The notes under the pieces: model-generated
Told to the model about the DNA's origin: nothing
Databases searched by the model: none
The model's input: the letters and a program-made list of their open reading frames with translations, nothing else
Source: Thermoanaerobaculia bacterium
GTDB lineage: Bacteria; Acidobacteriota; Thermoanaerobaculia; Multivoradales; JAGPDF01
Assembly: GCA_963788175.1 (NCBI GenBank)
Contig: CAWBFZ010000001.1
Location: 323,880 to 387,879, forward strand
DNA length: 64,000 bases
Direction of reading: 5' to 3'
Program-made: the position numbers and the translations under genes
In this document: positions 57,965-64,000 of the stretch, one piece after another
Layout of the letters: every line of letters starts with the position of its first letter
Position numbering within the stretch: the first letter of the stretch is position 1

Positions 57965-59530
57965 TCAGTGCCCGGCGGCAGCGTCGTCGTCTACGGTGAG
58001 CCAGCGGGCGGCGAGGAAGACGGCCGCCATGATCGTGTATCCGCCCACCCATGGCCAGGCGGGAGTGAGCGCGACGACGGTATCCCCGGCGACGAAGCGA
58101 TAGGAGTGCAGGAGGCCGACGCCGGCGAGCGCCGCCGCGATGGCGAACCAGAGGGCGGCGCGCTCGAAGCGGCGCTCGATGATCGCGACGGTCGCCGCGG
58201 AGAGGATCATCGCGGTCAGGATGAAGCCCTGGTCGAGCGCGAAGGCGCCGTGCGCCCAGGTGTCCGACCCCAGGAATGCAGCGATCAGCGGCTCGCCGAA
58301 CGGTGGCCCGCCCGGGGCACCCACGCCGGCGGCGCGCAAGCCGTTCTTCATCTGCAGCGCGCCCCAGGCCGCGACTCCGGGGAGGAGTCCCACGACGACG
58401 GCGGGAGCGTGTGCGCGCGGTGTCGTTTGGAAGGCCTGGGCGGTGATCACGATGCCGATCCAGAGCACGATCGCCATGCCGGCGTCGATCGGCACGGCCC
58501 AGGCGATCCACGCCAGGGTGCCGGAGAAGCAGACCAGGGTGAAGAAGACGGCGTTGAGCACCGAATAGCCGGACCGGGCGCCCAGCGCTTTCCAGCCCGG
58601 GTGGCCGATGTAGATGGTGGTCGGAAAGCACGATCCGAAGAGCGCGGCGGCAAGGGTTCCAAGGCCGTTCACGGCGAGGGAGGGGCGTGTCGGATAGCTG
58701 TCGCCCGCCGCTTCCGCCGACTCGATGTTCTGCAGCGAACCGATGACGTTGAAGAGGCCCATCGGCAAGATGACCGAAAGGTAGACCAGCCAGTCCCCGC
58801 GCATCGCCGCAAGCAGCTCCGCGAAGAGCGGAATCGGGGGATGAAACTGCAGTGTTCCTGCTGGCGCGGCGCCGACGGGAGCTATGCCGACGATCCACGC
58901 CAGGGCCGTTCCGACGGCAACCGCGACCAGGCCGCCCGGGAGTCCGCCCTTGAAGCGGACGCGGCCGAAGTAGACCAGCAGCACGATCGCCAGCGTCGTG
59001 AGTCCGACGATCGGACGGGCATAGGTCCGGTAGAGGAATCCGAGGGAAATGAAGGTGAGGGCGATTCCGGCCAGGGTCGAGAGCAGGGCGGCGCGCGGCG
59101 TCGACTTGCGGATCCTCTCGGCCACGAAGGCACCGGCGAGCTCGATGAGCCCCGACCCGATGCAGGCGACGATCCCCGCCTGCCAGGCGACGGTGGCCGG
59201 ATCGGCCGCGCCCGCAGCCTCGGCCGCGAGCTTGGCCGGCAGCATGACCAGGAAAACAAAAGCGAAGAGCGATACCGTGTTGATGCCGTACGGCAGGGCG
59301 CAGACGTCGGTGCGTCCGGTCCGGCGCGCGAGAGCGAGCGCCTGCCGTGCGTAGTAGAGATTCCCCACCAGGAGCGAGACCGCGGCCCCCGGCAGGATCC
59401 GTCCGTAGACCAGCTCCACGGGGAAGCCCAGCACGCCGCGGCAGAGCGCGTCGATCACCAGCAACTGGACGAGATTGTCGAGCGCCAGGCCGAAGAAGCC
59501 GTCGACATCGCCGCGCGTCATCCACTTCAC
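57965..59530 (-). CDS. polytopic permease (NCS2/AzgA-like nucleobase or anion permease, tentative)
   Basis: 521 aa with about 13 TM helices. The family call is tentative. Confidence 0.65.
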   Translation of the reverse strand: MKWMTRGDVDGFFGLALDNLVQLLVIDALCRGVLGFPVELVYGRILPGAAVSLLVGNLYYARQALALARRTGRTDVCALPYGINTVSLFAFVFLVMLPAKLAAEAAGAADPATVAWQAGIVACIGSGLIELAGAFVAERIRKSTPRAALLSTLAGIALTFISLGFLYRTYARPIVGLTTLAIVLLVYFGRVRFKGGLPGGLVAVAVGTALAWIVGIAPVGAAPAGTLQFHPPIPLFAELLAAMRGDWLVYLSVILPMGLFNVIGSLQNIESAEAAGDSYPTRPSLAVNGLGTLAAALFGSCFPTTIYIGHPGWKALGARSGYSVLNAVFFTLVCFSGTLAWIAWAVPIDAGMAIVLWIGIVITAQAFQTTPRAHAPAVVVGLLPGVAAWGALQMKNGLRAAGVGAPGGPPFGEPLIAAFLGSDTWAHGAFALDQGFILTAMILSAATVAIIERRFERAALWFAIAAALAGVGLLHSYRFVAGDTVVALTPAWPWVGGYTIMAAVFLAARWLTVDDDAAAGH

Positions 59531-59564
59531 GCCGGTCGCGCTCCCGGCCGCTTGGGAGGCACGT

Positions 59565-61982
59565 TCAGAACGGTGCAGGGCCGCAGTAGGTGAGGTTGGT
59601 CTCGATATCCAGATTGGTCGGGAAGTCCACCGCCAGGAGGTTCTCCTGGCGGTAGATGGTCCCGGTCCAGGTGTCGGTGATCGTCAAGCTCGCGGCGACG
59701 TTGGTGAGTCCGGCGATCGAGACCCAGGTGTTGCCGTTGAAGCTGCAACCGTCGACGAGCTTGAACAGCATCTCGTAGTTGTTGCTGTTGAAGAACCAGG
59801 CGTAGCCCGAACCCTCGTTCTTCTTGATCAGGTGGGCGTAGCCGCTCCCGCCGCTGAAATCGCTCCAGGTTCCCTCGACGCGGAAGCGCCCGTGGCCGAG
59901 GCAGATCGAGCGATCGCCGTCGGGCACGCACGATTGGCTCAGGAGAGGACCCTGGCGCTCGATCAACTGCGGAGGTCCCGGCGCGGGGAGATCGGTACTG
60001 GTATCGATGGTCTGCGCGTCGGGGCCGGAGCCGTCGCAGTGAAATATCGTGGCGATGTCCAGATGGCCGTTGGAATTGAAGCCCAGCGGGTTGTGGTAGG
60101 TGAGCGTCTGCAGCGTCTCGGTGTCGCGGATGACGAGGTCCATTTCGACGTTCGACAGCGCGCGCCAGAAGACCCAGTAGCGGCCGGTGCTGCCGCAACC
60201 GTCGATGATCTTGACGATGAGCTCGTTGCTCTGGGCGTTGAAGAACCAGAAGTCGCCGGACTGTGGGGAGAGCGGCGTCGCCCGGCCGATGCCGGTGCGG
60301 TCCGTGAAATCCCGCCAGGTCACGTTGATCTGGAACTTGTCGTTCTGCAGGCAGAGGGTCCCGGCGTCCGGCGTGCAGGCGTCCGGCTCCACCTCGGGGA
60401 CGCCGGAGAGGTAGAGCTCGACCTCGTCGTTGACGTCCTCGTCGGCGGCGTAGACCACGTCGTAGCTGTTGGCCGGAGAGATCGCGTAGGCGGGCGCCTG
60501 AACGACCGCGACGACCGCCTCGCCGCCCGGGATGGGCACGCCACTCACGTTCTCGACGGTGCCGCCGGCGATCGGCGCCCGCAGGAGCTTGTCGACCGTA
60601 TCGGCATCCTGGTCGGCGCCGTAGACCACCCAGTTGCTGTTCTCGCTGATGCGGAAGTTCTGCACGTCGCCGCCGTTGGCCAGCGTCCGGTTGAGCTTGG
60701 TGGCGATGCCGCCGCCGATCGGCACGCTCCAGAGCTCGTTGAGCGCGTCGACACTCTGGTCGGCACGGTAGACGACGCGGGCGCTGTCGGGGCTGATTGC
60801 ATGGTCGAGCACATCGCCACCCGGATCCACGAGCTCGCCGTTGAGCCGGGTCGGCGTACCGCCGCCGATCGGCACGCTCCAGAGCTCGATCACGTCGTTC
60901 ACGCGCTCGTCGGAGCGATAGACCACCTTGGCGCTGTTGGCGCTGATCCGAAAGCCTGTCGAGACGTCTTCGGTGCTGAGCAAGGGGCCGTTGAGCAGCG
61001 TCGCGCCCTCACCGTCGAGCTCGACGCTGTAGAGCTGAAAGACGTTCAACGCTGTCTGGTCGGCCCGGTAGACCACCCGGGAGCTATTGGCGCTGATCAG
61101 GAAGTCGTTGCCGACCGAGGCGCCGGTGGGCAGCGAGCTGTTGAGCTTCGTCGAGGCGCCACCGCCGACCGGCACGCTGTAGAGGTCGAACTGTCCGTCG
61201 ACCGTCGCGTCCGCCAGGTAGACCACCTGAGCGCTGTCCGGGCTGATCTGGAAGTACGGATCCACGGCGCCGTTATTGGCGAGGTCGAGATTGACCTTGA
61301 CCGGTATTGGCCCCTGGCCGTCGGCATCGACACTGTAGAGCTCCCAGTCGCCGCTGTCCGTCCGGCCGGCGCGGTAGAGCACGGTCTGGCCGTTCGGCGT
61401 CGCCTGGTAGCCCTCGACGTCGTAGTCGAACGGCAGCGGGTGGTTCAGGCGGATCGAGTTTCCCCCGGCAAGGGGAACGGTGAAGAGCTCGAACATGCTG
61501 TCGGAGAAACGGTCGCAGACGTAGAAGACACGGTCGCTGGCTGGCGAGATCTTGAAGTTGAGGACGCCCCGGTTCGCGGTCAGGGGCGGATTGAGCTTGG
61601 TCGCCGCACCGCCAGCGATCGGGACGCTGTAGAGCTCCGCCTTGCCCGGCGTGTCCTGATCCACCACATAGACGACGCGCGCGCTGTTCGGGCTGATCGC
61701 GAAGCTCACGTGCTGGTTGGCGGTCAGCACGTCCGACAGGCGAACCGGCGCGCCGCCGGCGAGCGGGACGCTCCAGAGCTCGAAGGCGCCGTCGGTCACC
61801 GCATCCTGACCGTAGACGGCATACTGGCCGTCGGGACTGATCTGGGGAAGCGTCACGGCGAGGTCGATGTCGCTGAACGGATGTCCGGCGCTCAGCTGCG
61901 TCGAGGCGGCGGCAAGCGGCTCTGCAGAGGCGACTAGAAGCACGAGGGCGAGAGCCGCGGAGGCCGGGAGATACCTGGACAT
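59565..61982 (-). CDS. secreted PD40 (TolB-like) beta-propeller repeat protein with two tandem Cys-bracketed C-terminal domains
   Basis: Signal peptide MSRYLPASAALALVLLVASAEPLAAAS. About 11 units of ISP(D/N)(G/S)xxVVYxADxxxxxxxELYSVPxxGGxxxxLN. Then two ~120-aa copies of C.PD...(L/I)CL....F.V...W.DF....G.....SG..WFF...N.E...K..DGC...G..WV....L(T/S)NV...L.I.DT. Confidence 0.8.
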   Translation of the reverse strand: MSRYLPASAALALVLLVASAEPLAAASTQLSAGHPFSDIDLAVTLPQISPDGQYAVYGQDAVTDGAFELWSVPLAGGAPVRLSDVLTANQHVSFAISPNSARVVYVVDQDTPGKAELYSVPIAGGAATKLNPPLTANRGVLNFKISPASDRVFYVCDRFSDSMFELFTVPLAGGNSIRLNHPLPFDYDVEGYQATPNGQTVLYRAGRTDSGDWELYSVDADGQGPIPVKVNLDLANNGAVDPYFQISPDSAQVVYLADATVDGQFDLYSVPVGGGASTKLNSSLPTGASVGNDFLISANSSRVVYRADQTALNVFQLYSVELDGEGATLLNGPLLSTEDVSTGFRISANSAKVVYRSDERVNDVIELWSVPIGGGTPTRLNGELVDPGGDVLDHAISPDSARVVYRADQSVDALNELWSVPIGGGIATKLNRTLANGGDVQNFRISENSNWVVYGADQDADTVDKLLRAPIAGGTVENVSGVPIPGGEAVVAVVQAPAYAISPANSYDVVYAADEDVNDEVELYLSGVPEVEPDACTPDAGTLCLQNDKFQINVTWRDFTDRTGIGRATPLSPQSGDFWFFNAQSNELIVKIIDGCGSTGRYWVFWRALSNVEMDLVIRDTETLQTLTYHNPLGFNSNGHLDIATIFHCDGSGPDAQTIDTSTDLPAPGPPQLIERQGPLLSQSCVPDGDRSICLGHGRFRVEGTWSDFSGGSGYAHLIKKNEGSGYAWFFNSNNYEMLFKLVDGCSFNGNTWVSIAGLTNVAASLTITDTWTGTIYRQENLLAVDFPTNLDIETNLTYCGPAPF

Positions 61983-62125
61983 TTCCACTGCCTTTCTATG
62001 AAGCCGATGGACATACTCGTGGAGGAGGTTCTTCGTCGACGGAAGATAGCGGACGAGGGCGCCAACGAAAAGGGCCCCTGCAACTGTGTCCAGGCCGACA
62101 AGGCGAGGCATATCGATCTGGACGC

Positions 62126-62506
62126 TTAGAGCTGCGGAATGGCCCCGCGACTCGAATGCCAGAGTCCTAGCACCTGAACAGAGCTGGCCGCGGTGCTCTG
62201 GTAGTAGAGGTGGTACCCGATGCGGTACAGATGGATGCGCCTCACCTGCTCGAGCCCCGAATCCAGCGCCGGAGATCCGATTCGGGGTTGCGAGGAGATC
62301 AGAAGGAACGCCCGCTCCAACTCCAACCGAACCAGATGTGGAGCGGAGGGGCGGTTCTTGTCCCACCAGTCGTTCGCCTCGAAGCGCCGGATCTTTTCAG
62401 GGCTTCCGGCATGCGGAAGTGACGGGCGAATCCGGCGAGTGCCACGACGTATCGCTTCGAGCTCGAGGCGAGGAGCGGCAAGTCGCGTCCGTGCCGTTTC
62501 GACCAA
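62126..62506 (-). CDS. type II toxin-antitoxin system RelE/ParE family toxin
   Basis: C-terminal ..VRRIHLYRIGYHLYYQSTAASSVQVLGLWHSSRG and the preceding ..WWDKNRPSAPHLVRLELERAFLLISSQPRIG match the ParE pattern. The start (TTG 62506) is uncertain. Locally lower GC. Confidence 0.7.
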   Translation of the reverse strand: MVETARTRLAAPRLELEAIRRGTRRIRPSLPHAGSPEKIRRFEANDWWDKNRPSAPHLVRLELERAFLLISSQPRIGSPALDSGLEQVRRIHLYRIGYHLYYQSTAASSVQVLGLWHSSRGAIPQL

Positions 62507-62559
62507 CCCGGCGATCCGCCGTTCGAGGCAGGGCTCTGGAGCGCCGCGGCTGCGCTTCC

Positions 62560-62766
62560 TCAGGCCGCGCGGAGCCGGAAGGCGGCCTCGTACGCCAGGA
62601 TGCTGAGCCCATCGGGCACGGAGGAACTTGACCAGGCGGGCGCGAGCGTGGACGCCGGTGTTCGAGCCGTGAATCGCGGCTCGCCGTGCAGGTACGACCT
62701 CGAGCCGGCGAGCGCCCTACCGAGACCTCGGCGCGGAGGAATCCGTATCGTCCGGATCGCATCGTG
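62560..62766 (-). CDS. possible cognate antitoxin (Phd/YefM-like pattern), start and frame unresolved
   Basis: The frame ending at the stop at 62560 reads ..IRTIRIPPRRGLGRALAGSRSYLHGEPRFTAR..LAP....DGLSILAYEAAFRLRAA, 54 nt upstream of the toxin ORF. No clean start codon and Arg/Pro-rich, so support is weak. Confidence 0.2.
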   Translation of the reverse strand, partial: HDAIRTIRIPPRRGLGRALAGSRSYLHGEPRFTARTPASTLAPAWSSSSVPDGLSILAYEAAFRLRAA

Positions 62767-62976
62767 CGAAGGGGCGCGAAGAAGTCCGTCGGACCGGCTC
62801 GGCTGGAGGTTTCCGGCGGGCTCGGGTTGCAGCCGGCGACGATGACTCGCAGGTAGGCAGCCCAAGGCGAGTCGCGCCACCTCCGCGTGGCCGGGTCTTT
62901 CCTTGCTGGTCCCTTTTCATCGTCCCCGCCGCCCTCCGGTCTCTGGAGGTTTGTACGAGTCCGGAGGCCTCGGCGC

Positions 62977-63741
62977 CTACAGATACAGCCGCTTGGGGTC
63001 GAGGTCGTGGCGGAGGAGGTGGAGCTCGGCGGCGCTGGGGGGCGGGGTCACTGAGAGCTCGGGGGCAACCTTCGGGTCCCAGCCGAGGTTCTCGCGCACG
63101 CGGTCGAGGGTGACGCCGGGGTGGAGGCTCGTGACGCGCATCTCGCCGGCGTCGAAGTCGTAGAGCGCGAGGTCGGTGATGACGCGCTGGGGGCCGGCGC
63201 CGCGCATGCCGAGCCGTTCGCGCTCGCCGGCTCCTCCGAGGTGCCCGGGGCTGGTCACGAAGTCGGTCTTCGCCGGGAAGCTCTTCTTCGACTGCGCCGC
63301 GATGCACAGGACGCGTTTGGCGTTGATCGCGATCTCGCAGGCGCCGCCGCTCCCCGGCAGGCGGACCTTCGGGTGGGTGTAGTCCCCGATCACGGTCGTG
63401 TTGAGGTTCCCCCAGCGGTCGATCTGCGCCCCCTGCAGGAAGCCGACGTCAATCTTGCCGCCCTGGAGGTAGTTGTAGAAAATCTCCGACATCGAAGCGA
63501 CGGCGATCGAGTTGGTGACTAGTGCCGGATCGCCGATCGACACCGGGATGCGCTCCGGGACGGCGCCGACGGCGCCCGACTCGTAAATCAGCACCAGGTT
63601 CGGCGCGTGCAGGCGGCGGGCAAGATTGCAGGCGAGGTTCGGCAGGCCGATGCCGACGAAGACCACCTCACCGTCGCGGAGCTCGCGCGCCGCGGCCGCC
63701 ACCATCAGCTCCGAAGGGGTGTAGCCGGGCTCAGTAGCCAT
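62977..63741 (-). CDS. CoA-transferase subunit B (glutaconate/3-oxoacid CoA-transferase beta-like)
   Basis: 254 aa with ..VVFVGIGLPNLA.., ..LIYESG.. and ..PGSGGA.. motifs. Confidence 0.85.
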   Translation of the reverse strand: MATEPGYTPSELMVAAAARELRDGEVVFVGIGLPNLACNLARRLHAPNLVLIYESGAVGAVPERIPVSIGDPALVTNSIAVASMSEIFYNYLQGGKIDVGFLQGAQIDRWGNLNTTVIGDYTHPKVRLPGSGGACEIAINAKRVLCIAAQSKKSFPAKTDFVTSPGHLGGAGERERLGMRGAGPQRVITDLALYDFDAGEMRVTSLHPGVTLDRVRENLGWDPKVAPELSVTPPPSAAELHLLRHDLDPKRLYL

Positions 63742-64000
63742 AGTTCACCGGCGCCGAGAGCTGCTCGCGGGCCGTGAGGCGCGTGAGGCGATCGCCCATC
63801 TTGCGCACGTACTCTGCGCGGTCGGCCAGCCCAAAGACCCACTCGTCGAGCCAGGCGTCGAGCTTGGCCGCATCCTGCGAGATCTCGCGCCAGGCGACGT
63901 AGTAGTCGTTGTCACGGTCGTAGTAGCCCTGCGCGAACGACGGGTGGCAGCCCCAAGGCTCGTGCACGACCGCGGAGACGATGAAGCCGGGGAGGAGCGT
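63731..64000 (-). CDS. CoA-transferase subunit A, C-terminal fragment (gene continues beyond the window end)
   Basis: The ORF is open to the window edge. It overlaps the start of subunit B by 11 nt and is in the usual A-then-B order. Confidence 0.7.
   Translation of the reverse strand, partial: TLLPGFIVSAVVHEPWGCHPSFAQGYYDRDNDYYVAWREISQDAAKLDAWLDEWVFGLADRAEYVRKMGDRLTRLTAREQLSAPVNYGY

Overview
Visibly GC-rich bacterial chromosomal segment with Gram-negative-type envelope genes (TonB-dependent receptor, outer-membrane barrel, MacAB-type efflux, exosortase-family protein). I can support about 55 protein-coding genes and one tRNA-Thr(CGU). Most of it is ordinary core metabolism: glgA/glgC, selD, oligopeptidase B, pheA, smc, a translationally coupled pyrR-pyrB-pyrC-suhB-M23 peptidase run, pruA, a YebC regulator, and an M20 peptidase/YfcC transporter/aminotransferase/aldehyde dehydrogenase operon. 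I see no CRISPR array, transposase, integrase, rRNA or recognisable multi-gene defence system; the only toxin-like gene is one ParE/RelE toxin in a locally lower-GC patch. Four accessory loci deserve a second look. (1) Two tandem secreted seven-repeat (propeller-like) paralogs, each ending in a somatomedin-B-like Cys-rich module, sit next to a GT-C/TPR membrane protein. (2) A small XrtF/XrtH-like exosortase plus a partner membrane protein, with no visible substrate, heads a co-directional block with a His/Cys-rich small protein, an OM barrel and a metal ABC binding protein and permease lacking an ATPase. (3) A PD40-repeat protein carries a duplicated uncharacterised Cys-bracketed C-terminal domain. 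(4) A small 2-TM protein has a K-channel-like pore loop with an atypical filter. The main technical observation is that many conserved genes are broken by single-base frame disruptions. At least 15 junctions resolved by homology are all +1 in the direction of the gene, on both strands, and they cluster locally. I read this as consensus or assembly error rather than biology, but it needs read-level checking and it fragments the six-frame ORF track. Many long ORFs in the track are GC-driven shadow frames and were not called.
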